Source: Macrostomum lignano
Lineage: Eukaryota
Assembly (NCBI GenBank): GCA_002269645.1
Contig: NIVC01000327.1
Span: 372,001-436,000 of the forward strand
Direction of reading: 5' to 3'
Length of the DNA stretch: 64,000 bases
Both the position numbers and the translations under genes were made by a program. Shown here in pieces: positions 29,531 through 42,009 of this stretch; the stretch's first letter is position 1, and every line of letters starts with the position of its first letter. The notes beneath the pieces were generated by a model. It was not told where the DNA came from. It did no database searches and saw nothing but the letters and a program-made list of their open reading frames with translations.

Positions 29531-30015
29531 AATATCCCTATTAATAAAGATCTGAATCCTAATTCCTACAGATAAACATCTGTAAATACCCTCCCGACAA
29601 AAACAAATCCTCTGTTTATTCGTATGAGTAATGATATATCGGACTTACCAAGTTACCAATGGTATTATTAACCTATTTACTTATCATAAGGTAGTTGAGC
29701 CAGTTCCAGCTCAACTGGAACTCCCAGTTCCAGCCCCCCAAACCCGAGCAATGGCTCCTCATAAAAAATAGTATAAAACGATAAGAGGTTTTTAAGCAAC
29801 AGACAGATAAGAGATCGCTCGATTTTATTTTGGTAGGGGAGAGGAAAAAACATTTCTAAAAGTATTAAGGCGCTCATGGCTTCTTATCTAACATTATTTT
29901 TGTCTGATAATATTAGTATTTGGCAGTCAAATAGGGGGATCATAACCTGTAGGAGAGCGGGAGACAGACTGCCCAGAAGTCACCTGACAGTTCCTGAAGA
30001 ACTGTTTTTTAACCC

Positions 30016-30283
30016 GCATAATCTAGCCTAGTGGTCAGCAGCGTCAGACTCACGACTTGAAGGTCGGGGGCTCGATTCTCGGTCCACTGGAACAGTTTGT
30101 GTCCTTGAGCACTTGACAATTAACTCTGCATTGCTTCAGTTTACCCAGAGCTGTAAAATGGGTGCCAGCATTAGCTGGGGTAATTGACGGTGGTGTGGCG
30201 ACCCCCCAGTCCTTGGACTGAACAGCCCAAGCTGTCGGTTGCACAAATGCCCCCAATAGGGCAGGTGAAAAAAATGAAAAAAA
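30016..30283 (+). mobile_element. tRNA-derived SINE with a conserved central domain and A-rich tail
   Basis: A-box TAGCCTAGTGG (30024-30034), B-box-like GGCTCGATTCT (30069-30079), GTGTCCTTGAGCA...CAGTTTACCCAGAGCTGTAAAATGGGTGCC (resembles V/Meta-type SINE domains from memory), and tail GGGCAGGTGAAAAAAATGAAAAAAA. A reverse-complement tail match lies at 14978-14992. Confidence 0.7.
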
Positions 30284-30563
30284 TCTTACTTATATTAAGA
30301 TTCTACTCGGATAGAAATTAATATAGTCAATTTAGCAGAGTAGATTAGGCTAGGGTAGGGTAGAGTAGGGTAAAGTAGAGTGGAGCATAGTAGAGTGGAG
30401 TAGAGTAGAGTAGCAAAGGTAAATGATACTGTATACTCGTATAAGAGTAGAATGGGAATAAAAACTCTGGAATAGAGTACGGTGGAATAGCACATAAATA
30501 TCTGATAATAAAATAGGAAACACTAGTAGCTCTTATATCGATCAGAGAACCAGATTGATCAGA

Positions 30564-32152
30564 TAGCGCCAATTAAGCGTCGCAGGTGAGATTCTAGCGT
30601 CAATCAAGCGTCGCAGGTGAGATTCTAGCGCCAATCAAGCGTCGCAGGTGAGATTCTAGCGCCAATCAAGCGTCGCAGGTGAGATTCTAGCGCCAATCAA
30701 GCGTCGCAGGTGAGATTCTAGCGTCAATCAAGCGTCGCAGGTGAGATTCTAGCGCCAATCAAGCGTCGCAGGTGAGATTCTAGCGCCAATCAAGCGTCGC
30801 AGGTGAGATTCTAGCGCCAATCAAGCGTCGCAGGTGAGATTCTAGCGCCAATCAAGCGTCGCAGGTGAGATTCTAGCGTCAATCAAGCGTCGCAGGTAAG
30901 ATTCTAGCGTCAATTAAGCGCCGCAGGTGAGATTCTAGCGTCAATTAAGCGTCGCAGGTGAGATTCTAGCGTCAATCAAGCGTCGCAGGTAAGATTCTAG
31001 CGTCAATTAAGCGCCGCATGTGAGATTCTAGCGTCAATCAAGCGTCGCAGGTGAGATTCTAGCGTCAATCAAGCGTCGCAGGTGAGATTCTAGCGCCAAT
31101 CAAGCGTCGCAGGTGAGATTCTAGCGCCAATCAAGCGTCGCAGGTGAGATTCTAGCGCCAATAAAGCGTCGCAGGTGAGATTCTAGCGTCAATCAAGCGT
31201 CGCAGGTGAGATTCTAGCGCCAATCAAGCGTCGCAGGTGAGATTCTAGCGCCAATCAAGCGTCGCAGGTGAGATTCTAGCGCCAATCAAGCGTCGCAGGT
31301 GAGATTCTAGCGTCAGTTAAGCGCCGCAGGTGAGATTCTAGCGTCAATTAAGCGCCGCAGGTGAGATTCTAGCGTCAATTAAGCGCCGCAGGTGAGATTC
31401 TAGCGTCAATTAAGCGCCGCAGGTGAGATTCTAGCGTCAATTAAGCGCCGCATGTGAGATTCTAGCGTCAATTAAGCGCCGCATGTGAGATTCTAGCGTC
31501 AATTAAGCGTCGCAGGTGAGATTCTAGCTCGGCAGGTGAGATTCTAGCTCCGCAGGTGAGATTCTAGCTCGGCAGGTGAGATTCTAGCTCGGCAGGTGAG
31601 ATTCTAGCTCGGCAGGTGAGATTCTAGCTCGGCAGGTGAGATTCTAGCTGGGCAGGTGAGATTCTAGCTCCGCAGGTGAGATTCTAGCGTCAATTAAGCG
31701 CCGCATGTGAGATTCTAGCGTCAATTAAGCGCCGCATGTGAGATTCTAGCGTCAATTAAGCGTCGCAGGTGAGATTCTAGCTCGGCAGGTGAGATTCTAG
31801 CTCCGCAGGTGAGATTCTAGCTCGGCAGGTGAGATTCTAGCTCGGCAGGTGAGATTCTAGCTCGGCAGGTGAGATTCTAGCTCGGCAGGTGAGATTCTAG
31901 CTCGGCAGGTGAGATTCTAGCTCGGCAGGTGAGATTCTAGCTCGGCAGGTGAGATTCTAACTCCGCTGGTGAGATTCTAGCTCGGCAGGTGAGATTCTAG
32001 CGCCAATTAAGCGCCGCAGGTGAGATTCTAGCGTCAATTAAGCGCCGCAGGTGAGATTCTAGCGTCAATTAAGCGCCGCAGGTGAGATTCTAGCGTCAAT
32101 TAAGCGCCGCATGTGAGATTCTAGCGTCAATTAAGCACCACAAGTGAGATAT
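30564..32152. repeat. 31-bp minisatellite (CAGGTGAGATTCTAGCGCCAATCAAGCGTCG)n with embedded blocks of a 20-bp derivative
   Basis: Direct observation. Confidence 0.96.
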
Positions 32153-32734
32153 CACGATAATATTTATTAGATCCTTTATAAAACTGATTCAGGACCATCA
32201 AAGAGCAAAAATCAAAATTACAAGTCTGCATGATTCATAAGAAAGAGACTAACCCATATCGTGTAGTGTTTATATTACGCATTTGCTCACTCAAACATAC
32301 AGGCTTGCAAGTCGCTATAAGAACACAAAACAGCAGCCTTGATGTAGCTTGTAGCTCTAAAAGGGTGTTTTCTTGCAAAGTAGGGAGTATAATATTTCAT
32401 GGAAATAGAATACCAAAAAACTGCAAGTTTCTATCTGAAGACAAGGTCAGGTAATCATCAGAATACTAAAATTCTCAATTATTTTAACATGAAGAAGATA
32501 AGTTTGCCTACCTTATAAATTTGTATTGTATTAATTAAGATAACTAACACGCAGTTTCCAAAAAAATGGAAATATCAGATTTCAACTCATCCATTATTAA
32601 CCTCAGATCACGAATAAGACCGCGTTCGATTCTCGTTCAAAGCAAACAGACAGCGCGTTTATGTTTAATTTAGAACCAGCAATCACACATCAGTCCCTAT
32701 GTGTTAATCTCCCCATAGGATCTTAAATTCTCAA

Positions 32735-34085
32735 CTGAAAATCTCCCCATGGGATACTAGATCCTCTTTCCTAACTGAGAATCTCCCCATGGGATACTAG
32801 ATCCTCATTCCTAACTGAGAATCTCCCAATGGGATTCTAGATCCGCATTCCCAACTGAGAATCTCCCCATGGGATCCTAGATCCGCATTCCCAACTGAGA
32901 ATCTCCCCATGGGATCCTAGATCCGCATTCCCAACTGAGAATCTCCCAATGGGATTCTAGATCCTCTTTCCCAACTGAGAATCTCCCCATGGGATACTAG
33001 ATCCTCATTCCTAACTGAGAATCTCCCAATGGGATTCTAGATCCGCATTCCCAACTGAGAATCTCCCCATGGGATTCTAGATCCGCATTCCCAACTGAGA
33101 ATCTCCCCATGGGATTCTAGATCCGCATTCCCAACTGAGAATCTCCCAATGGGATTCTAGATCCGCATTCCCAACTGAGAATCTCCCCGTGGGATACTAG
33201 ATCCTCATTCCTAACTGAGAATCTCCCAATGGGATTCTAGATCCGCATTCCCAACTGAGAATCTCCCCATGGGATTCTAGATCCGCATTCCCAACTGAGA
33301 ATCTCCCAATGGGATTCTAGATCCGCATTCACAACTGAGAATCTCCCCATGGGATACTAGATCCGCATTCACAACTGAGAATCTCCCCATGGGATACTAG
33401 ATCCGCATTCACAACTGCGAATCTCCCCATGGGATTTTAGATCCGCATTCACAACTGAGAATCTCCCCATGGGATCCTAGATCCTCATTCCCAACTGAGA
33501 ATCTCCCCATGGGATACTAGATCCTCCTTCCTAACTGAAAATCTCCACATGGGATCCTAGATCCTCATTCATAACTGAGAATCTCCCCTTGGGATACTAG
33601 ATCCTCCTTCCTAACTGAAAATCTCCACATGGGATCCTAGATCCTCATTCCCAACTGAGAATCTCCCCATGGGATCCTATAGATCCTCATTCCTAACTGA
33701 GAATCTCCCCATGGGATCCTATAGATCCTCATTCCTAACTGAGAATCTTCCCATGGGATCCTATAGATCCTCATTCCTAACTGAGAATCTCCCCATGGGA
33801 TCCTATAGATCCTCATTCCTAACTGAGAATCTCCCCTTGGGATACTAGATCCTCCTTCCTAACTGAAAATCTCCACATGGGATCCTAGATCCTCATTCCC
33901 AACTGAGAATCTCCCCATGGGATCCTATAGATCCTCATTCCCAACTGAGAATCTCCCCATGGGATCCTATAGATCCTCATTCCTAACTGAGAATCTCCCT
34001 ATGGGATACTAGATCCTCCTTCCTAACTGAAAATCTCCCTATCGGATACTAGATCCTCATTCATAACTGAGATTCTCCCCATGGA
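32735..34085. repeat. 40-bp minisatellite (ATCTCCCCATGGGATACTAGATCCTCATTCCTAACTGAGA)n
   Basis: Direct observation. Confidence 0.95.
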
Positions 34086-35808
34086 ATTTCCAATAATCTC
34101 AAATTCGCTATTGAAGTGGTGAATCTCGTTACCCATCCCATTTAATAAGGGGATTCTAATTTTCTTAAAGATAGTTATAAAATGTTATAATGAAATTAAA
34201 ATGTGGGATAAAACGAAATGAGATGAGTTAACGGTTGCCAGGAGAGCTAGCGAGGTGTTCAGATGGACTTGGACAAAGCAAATTTTGAACAAAAACTTCA
34301 TTTCTGACGTATTTGTTACACACAAAACCGCTTTGCCTAATTAATTAATACATAGCACATCTGAACAACCCACTACCTCACCTTGGTAAATTTGATTAAC
34401 AAATTAACAACCGATTAAATATATAATTATTAATCACTTGTAGTTTCGTTTGGTTCGGTTTGCAGCCTTTGCTAAAAAAAACGCCGCATAAGCAAAAATT
34501 TCGCAATAAAACAAAACTGGCCCTCGCTTACGCACAGAAGTCTCCAGCGGCGCACAGATTTTTTTCTTAAGCCGACGATTATTAGGCGACGAAAAATTTT
34601 GGAGCTCCCGTCCCGTCCCGCCGGGCCCGCCCCGATTCCGCCCGGCCAGAAAATCGTTGGCGCGTTGCGGGCAAACGGGGCAGGGAGGGCCTTGAAAAGC
34701 CATGGAAATATATATATTTTTAACCCCCCCCCCCTCCTGCCCGCAGGGGCTTGTTGGGTTGAGGTTGGGCCCGCCGCCGGCCGGCACCAGGAGGGTATGA
34801 GATTTCTACTGTGCAGCGGCGGGGACTATGGCGTGGAATTGGGTATAGAGAGCTACTAGTCTAAAAAACGTTTGGCTGAACGGAGGGGGTTGGGACTGCG
34901 GGACTTGCGGGGGCGCGGGTTGGTTGTGCCTTTGTCTGGGGTGGTGGGCGCAACAACACCCCCGGGCCACCACTCCCCCTCCTCCCCGGCCACCCTCCTC
35001 CGCTAAGTGGAGTGGAGGCCCTGGTTGTAAACTGACGTCAGGTCTATTAATAAAACGTGCTTCCCCCCCCCCCCCCCAGACGGCCGCGGGCCCTGGAGGG
35101 TTTGGATAGAGAAGGGAGTTATTACATTGAAGCGAGAATGGTCCTAGACTTGAACTATATAAAACTGGCAAATCCAAGCGTCGTGCATGTACACACATAC
35201 ACACACTTATACACACCGCGAACACAGTGACGCCCACCATCCCAAGGCTGCGCAAATAATCACGTGCCCCTCCCCGCAATTTTTTTACAGAACTAATACT
35301 GACTTTGCGCTTGCGGTTTATGGAAGGGTAAGGGAGGGGGGCAGTGGCGGCGGGTGCGGGACGGGAGGCCGCGGCACTGGAAGCCATGCATTTGGCCTGG
35401 CTCACTGTCTGGCTTGGGCTAAGAAAGGAACTCGGTTAGAGAAATTTATCAAGCCCCAACTGGTCCAGTTCTTCCTTATAGCAAACACCGACCCCCGACC
35501 CCTTCTCTCTCCCCTCTCTCAAAAGCCCCACCAAACTAAAACTAAATCAAACCACCCCGCCCCCGCTGGTGCGGGGGAGGGGGTGGGAGTCTGACTATCG
35601 GGGACAGATTTTCAACTTGCAGTTGGGACAGCTGGGAGACACCCGCTTGGACTGATCGGCCAATAAGGCTTAATACCTAAAGCCCTACAGTTACAGAGCC
35701 TTAACTGCTTTGTGCTAAATATTACGAAATGATCGAAAAACAGACAAAAAACCTAAACCTCTGCTTCCTAAGTTTAAATTTATTAACGAAACCTCTGCTT
35801 ATGGAGTC

Positions 35809-36084
35809 CAGGGCCAGGCATTAGATTTATATTTTGGCAAGGCCGAAAACCAATGACGGATACACGGGGGTCAAGAGGGTCAGCTGACCCCCTGAGAAAA
35901 TTAAGGAGGTCATTGATCCCATAGAATTTGAAACAAAAATTTTACTGTTTTGTATGTGCAATCAAGGGTTGCACTGAGACCAAGCAGACCATTACTCAAC
36001 GCGGCTCCGGGGGGAGGGGGTCAACGAGGGGGTCGGGGTCAGCTGACCCCGTAGTAAAAAATCTTAAACCCACCCCAGCCCCTG
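35809..36084. mobile_element. Possible non-autonomous DNA element (CAGGG...CCCTG ends, two GGGTCAGCTGACCC palindromes)
   Basis: Short terminal inverted match; palindromes at 35877-35890 and 36035-36050; no TSD found. Confidence 0.35.
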
Positions 36085-36089
36085 GCCGA

Positions 36090-37926
36090 AGGTGAGATTC
36101 TAGCGCCAATTAAACGCCGCAGGTGAGATTCTAGCACCAATTAAACGCCGCAGGTGAGATTCTAGCGCCAATTAAACGCCGCAGGTGAGATTCTAGCACC
36201 AATTAAACGCCGCAGGTGAGATTCTAGCACCAATTAAACGCCGCAGGTGAGATTCTAGCACCAATTAAACGCCGCAGGTGAGATTCTAGCACCAATTAAA
36301 CGCCGCAGGTGAGATTCTAGCGCCAATTAAACGCCGCAGGTGAGATTCTAGCACCAATTAAACGCCGCAGGTGAGATTCTAGCACCAATTAAACGCCGCA
36401 GGTGAGATTCTAGCGCCAATTAAACGCCGCAGGTGAGATTCTAGCGCCAATTAAACGCCGCAGGTGAGATTCTAGCGCCAATTAAACGCCGCAGGTGAGA
36501 TTCTAGCGCCAATTAAACGCCGCAGGTGACATTCTAGCGCCAATTAAACGCCGCAGGTGAGATTCTAGCACCAATTAAACGCCGCAGGTGACATTCTAGC
36601 GCCAATTAAACGCCGCAGGTGAGATTCTAGCGCTGCAGGTGAGATTCTAGCACCAATTAAACGCCGCAGGTGAGATTCTAGCGCCAATTAAACGCCGCAG
36701 GTGAGATTCTAGCACCAATTAAACGCCGCAGGTGACATTCTAGCGCCAATTAAACGCCGCAGGTGAGATTCTAGCGCTGCAGGTGAGATTCTAGCACCAA
36801 TTAAACGCCGCAGATGAGATTCTAGCACCAATTAAACGCCGCAGGTGAGATTCTAGCGCCAATTAAACGCCGCAGGTGAGATTCTAGCACCAATTAAACG
36901 CCGCAGGTGACATTCTAGCGCCAATTAAACGCCGCAGGTGAGATTCTAGCACCAATTAAACGCCGCAGATGAGATTCTAGCACCAATTAAACGCCGCAGG
37001 TGAGATTCTAGCACCAATTAAACGCCGCAGGTGAGATTCTAGCGCCAATTAAACGCCGCAGGTGAGATTCTAGCACCAATTAAACGCCGCAGGTGAGATT
37101 CTAGCACCAATTAAACGCCGCAGGTGAGATTCTAGCGCCAATTAAACGCCGCAGGTGAGATTCTAGCGCCAATTAAACGCCGCAGGTGAGATTCTAGCGC
37201 CAATTAAACGCCGCAGGTGAGATTCTAGCGCCAATTAAACGCCGCAGGTGACATTCTAGCGCCAATTAAACGCCGCAGGTGAGATTCTAGCACCAATTAA
37301 ACGCCGCAGGTGACATTCTAGCGCCAATTAAACGCCGCAGGTGAGATTCTAGCGCTGCAGGTGAGATTCTAGCACCAATTAAACGCCGCAGGTGAGATTC
37401 TAGCGCCAATTAAACGCCGCAGGTGAGATTCTAGCACCAATTAAACGCCGCAGGTGACATTCTAGCGCCAATTAAACGCCGCAGGTGAGATTCTAGCGCT
37501 GCAGGTGAGATTCTAGCACCAATTAAACGCCGCAGATGAGATTCTAGCACCAATTAAACGCCGCAGGTGAGATTCTAGCGCCAATTAAACGCCGCAGGTG
37601 AGATTCTAGCGCCAATTAAACGCCGCAGGTGAGATTCTAGCGTCAATTAAACGCCGCAGGTGAGACTCTAGCGCCAATTAAGCGCCGCAGGTGAGATTCT
37701 AGCGCCAATTAAACGCCGCAGGTGAGATTCTAGCGCCAATTAAACGCCGCAGGTGAGATTCTAGCGCCAATTAAACGCCGCAGGTGAGATTCTAGCGCCA
37801 ATTAAACGCCGCAGGTGAGATTCTAGCGCCAATTAAACGCCGCAGATGAGATTCTAGCGCCAATTAAGCGCCGCAGGTGAGACTCTAGCGCCAATTAAGC
37901 GCCGCAGGTGAGATTCTAGGTGAGAT
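36090..37926. repeat. 31-bp minisatellite (CAGGTGAGATTCTAGCGCCAATTAAACGCCG)n, same family and orientation as 30564-32152
   Basis: Direct observation. Confidence 0.96.
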
Positions 37927-38659
37927 TTCAGTAACACTTCTATACTGCAAATACTGTACTCAGTGTACTGTAAGTATTTTTTTAGTCTGGCACTATCCTG
38001 CTGTGCGGTGTGACACATTAAACTATATAATAGGAATCGATCTACATGTATATTGTATAGTACGGTTGTGCAGTACGCAGCGCACAGACCGGTTGCCCCA
38101 TGCAGACCAGACAGGCGGACTGATGGGGGGGGGGGTCTGGGTAGGGGGGGTTTGGCCAATGAGCCGTATCGTTTTATATTTTATTCCCTCTCTCTCTCTC
38201 TCTGAGCCTACCTACGAGTATAACATTATAGTAAGCCCATAATAAGTAAAACAACAAACAGAGAAGGAACACTTATTCACAGGTTGGCTTAGTGAAGAAG
38301 AAACTTGAGGATAAAAGCATACAAAGATAGAGAATTGACAAGGGGAATCCTATCATGTTGATTGCTTCGTTTACCAGGTGCACTATGCACTGTTGGAAGT
38401 CCAAAGTGGGGCCAGACTAAGTGGGGCGAGACTAAGCTGTGATTAGCATTTTAGCCATGTATAATGTTTATTTAAGAAACGCAGCGAACTACAAACGTTA
38501 GCTAGACGCTTTATTAGTAATAGTTTGTACTTACATATTTATAATATTGTTACTGCACACGCGAAATGCAGCCATCAAGGCCTTCAAATATGAGTGTCAT
38601 AATTTAAATATTGTTTACCGATGAAGCGCTAGGTTGGGGTTGGGTTTTGGGGCTAGAAC

Positions 38660-39015
38660 ATGATGAGAGGGAGAGATGAGGGAGGGAGAGGGAAAGATGG
38701 GAGAGGAAGAGATGGGAGAAGGAGAGATGAGAGATGAGAGAGGAAGAGATTGGAGAGGGAGAGATGGGAGAGGAAGAGATGGGAGAAGGAGAGATGAGAG
38801 ATGAGAGAGGAAGAGATTGGAGAGGGAGAGATGGGAGAGGAAGAGATGGGAGAGGGAGAGATGAGAGAGGGAGAGATGGGAGAGGAAGAGATGGGGGAGG
38901 GAGAGGTGGGAAAGATGAGAGAGGGAGAGATAAGAAAGGGAGAGATGAGAGAGGGAGAGATGAGAGAGGAAGAGATGGAAGAGTTGGAAGAAGGGGATAT
39001 GGGAGAGGGAGAGAG
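38660..39015. repeat. Purine-rich GAGATGGGAGAGG-type repeat
   Basis: Direct observation. Confidence 0.88.
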
Positions 39016-39715
39016 TGGAAATCATAAGAGGTGTAATGTATAACCTACAATCAAATTTACGTAGCGCTCAGGCAACTGTCAAGAATGTATAATCTGAGAG
39101 TCTGAGACGTGTCCATACATATCCATGATAATACTTATAAATAAAGATATTATTGCAATGAAAGTAAGAAAAGGCCTTCTTTGAATATAAATATTTGTTT
39201 TGAAATTTATTAACATACTGGTCAATTTCCTAGCGGTATTGCATTTGCATTCGCGCCCACTTTAGTTTGGAGTTGACATTGACTAGTCTACAGGGAATGG
39301 AGGTCGGAGGCTGAATGGAGATGATGGAGACAGACTCACTCACTGTCACTAGCTGTAAACTTACATGTAAAATGTAATGTATACAAGTGTCATCTTTTAC
39401 TCTTTCTCTTCTTTTGCTTGTTAGAAATTGTCTTCGTGCACCTTAAATGCAGGTCTCTTTTGAGTAGACACACACAGCGGTTAACAAATCTTTTAAACCT
39501 GACCTCAAACCCTCCAAGACCCAGTACAGAGTCCACAGACAAGACAGGGTCGGAGAAGAGAGAAGAGAACAGACCGAAGTAGACAGATAAGATTTAACCT
39601 AAAGAGTAAAAATAGAAATGAATATATGTACGATTCTGCACGCTTAATGTTTGTAGTAACGTTGCAAATGCGTACCTGTGTGTATGTGTGTGTGTGTGTG
39701 TGTCACTGACCTAGT

Positions 39716-41135
39716 GTGTGAACCTCTCCTTCCTCAGTGTGAATCTCTCCTTCCTTAGTGTGAATCTCTCCTTCCTCAGTGTGAACCTCTCCTTCCTTAG
39801 TGTGAATTTCTCCTTCCTCAGTGTGAATCTCTCCTTCCTCAGTGTGAATCTCTCCTTCCTCAGTGTGAATCTCTCCTTCCTCAGTGTGAACCTCTCCTTC
39901 CTCAGTGTGAATCTCTCCTTCCTCAGTGTGAATCTCTCCTTCCTCAGTGTGAACCTCTCCTTCCTCAGTGTGAATCTCTCCTTCCTCAGTGTGAATCTCT
40001 CCTTCCTCAGTGTGAATCTCTCCTTCCTCAGTGTGAACCTCTCCTTCCTCAGTGTGAATCTCTCCTTCCTCAGTGTGAATCTCTCCTTCCTCAGTGTGAA
40101 TCTCTCCTTCCTCAGTGTGAATCTCTCCTTCCTCAGTGTGAATCTCTCCTTCCTCAGTGTGAATCTCTCCTTCCTCAGTGTGAATCTCTTCTTCCTCAGT
40201 GTGAATCTCTCCTTCCTCAGTGTGAATCTCTCCTTCCTCAGTGTGAATCTCTCCTTTCTCAGTGTGAATCTCTTCTTCCTCAGTGTGAATCTCTTCTTCC
40301 TCAGTGTGAATCTCTTCTTCCTCAGTGTGAATCTCTCCTTCCTCAGTGTGAATCTCTTCTTCCTCAGTGTGAATCTCTTCTTCCTCAGTGTGAATCTCTC
40401 CTTCCTTAGTGTGAATCTCTCCTTCCTTAGTGTGAATCTCTCCTTCCTCAGTGTGAACCTCTCCTTCCTTAGTGTGAATCTCTCCTTCCTCAGCATGAAT
40501 ATCTCCTTCCTTAGTGTGAATCTCTCCTTCCTCAGTGTGAATCTCTCCTTCCTCAGTGTAAATCTCTCCTTCATCTGTGTGAATCTCTCCTTCCTTAGTG
40601 TGAATCTCTCCTTCCTCAGCATTAATATCTCCTTCCTTAGTGTGAATCTCTCTTTCCTCAGCATGAATCTCTCCTTCCTCAGTGTGAACCTCTCCTTCCT
40701 CAGTGTGAATCTCTCCTTCCTTAGTGTGAATCTCTCCTTCCTCAGCATGAATATCTCCTTCCTCAGTGTGAACCTCTCCTTCCTCAGTGTGAATCTCTCC
40801 TTCCTTAGTGTGAATTTCTCCTTCCTCAGCATGAATCTCTTCTTCCTCAGTGTGAACCTCTACTTCCTTAGTGTGAATCTCTCCTTCCTTAGTGTGAATC
40901 TCTCCTTCCTCAGCATTAATATCTCCTTCCTTAGTGTGAATCTCTCCTTCCTCAGTGTGAATCTCTCCTTCCTCAGTGTGAATCCCTCCTTCCTCAGTAT
41001 GAATCCCTCCTTCCTCAGTGTGAATCTCTCCTTCCTCAGTGTAAATCCCTCCTTCCTCGGTGTGAATCTCTCCTTCCTCAGTGTGAATCTCTCCTTCCTC
41101 AGCATGAATCTCTCCTTCCTTAGTGTGAACCTCTC
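39716..41135. repeat. 21-bp minisatellite (CTCAGTGTGAATCTCTCCTTC)n
   Basis: 7-aa periodicity; no indels in the array. Confidence 0.96.
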
Positions 41136-41254
41136 CCCAATGTAAATCGCTTGTAAAGAAATGTAAATCTATTCCTCAGTGTGAATCTCCTTCTTCAGTC
41201 ATCATGTTGGTCGCGCTTCTTGTCCTTTCTCTCTTCTTCCAGTTGAACAGCTGG

Positions 41255-41317
41255 GCCTGGGCAAGGATTTCTCTATAACTAGAACCTAGTTAGTTATAGA
41301 GAAATCCTTGGCCTGGG
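41255..41317. mobile_element. 49-bp palindromic micro-insertion (19-bp TIRs, 11-bp loop) flanked by the 7-bp direct repeat GCCTGGG
   Basis: CAAGGATTTCTCTATAACT (41262-41280) and AGTTATAGAGAAATCCTTG (41292-41310) are perfect reverse complements; GCCTGGG at 41255-41261 and 41311-41317. Confidence 0.65.
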
Positions 41318-42009
41318 ATATCAGTTAGCATAACTAGCAAAGTCCCACTCCCACCGCAAGACAAAGCCTATTGCCCTGCACTTTCTAACCCTTGGTAAAG
41401 GTCCCCCCCCTCTTCCTTGAGCGTGACTCATAAGGGTATAAAAGCTGGAAAACGGACCAGACCGCAGACTAAAAGTAAACCCTTGGTCTGGAATGGGATG
41501 ATGGGAGGGGTACTTCTCTGGGAGGGGATCCCGAGTGTGGAGATAAAGATTTGTACGGGAAAAGGACGGCTTTCGTGGCAAATCGGGAATCCAGACCGTC
41601 TGTGTCCATGACCTTGAACTGAACTTACGGCGGAGGGGGTTGCTTGCGGCAGACGTGCGTGGAAGGGCTAAGGATCGCTTCGCACTGTTGGGTGTGTAAT
41701 ATCGGCAATTGTGACTCACTTTCACTCACTGACCTTGATAATTCTTTTCGCCACCAGCTATTGAACTATTGTTAGTTGAAATTACTACTTGAAACGGATA
41801 AGTGAGTAGTAGGTCGATATGTAAGGCTAAATAAAATCACAATTTGTTTCAACAAAATAGAATGAACTTGAATTTTTCTATGTATTCTACTTACATGCGA
41901 AACGAGAGTAGTGAGTTAAAGAAAGACGCTGTTTTTTATCTAAATCACCGAGAGTCTTGGAGTCCAACTTTAGTAATAACTCTAATTGACTCAAGTCGAT
42001 TCACTATGC

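Noticed and set aside
30016-30090. Functional tRNA gene
   Set aside because: Degenerate B-box, no convincing acceptor stem and no T-run terminator; it continues into a SINE body.
34434-35594. ORFs of 117-199 aa in the GC-rich island
   Set aside because: No domain motifs or consistent splice structure; expected by chance at this GC content.
38005-38285. Possible solo LTR (TGTGAC…TTCACA)
   Set aside because: No TSD and no second copy.
41204-41330. Signal-peptide-like MLVALLVLSLFFQLNSWAW interrupted by the palindromic insertion
   Set aside because: Removing the insertion still gives a stop within a few codons, and no donor site or downstream exon was found.
41321-41725. LTR-like or promoter-like segment with TATAAAAG
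   Set aside because: No defined termini, TSD or associated coding sequence.
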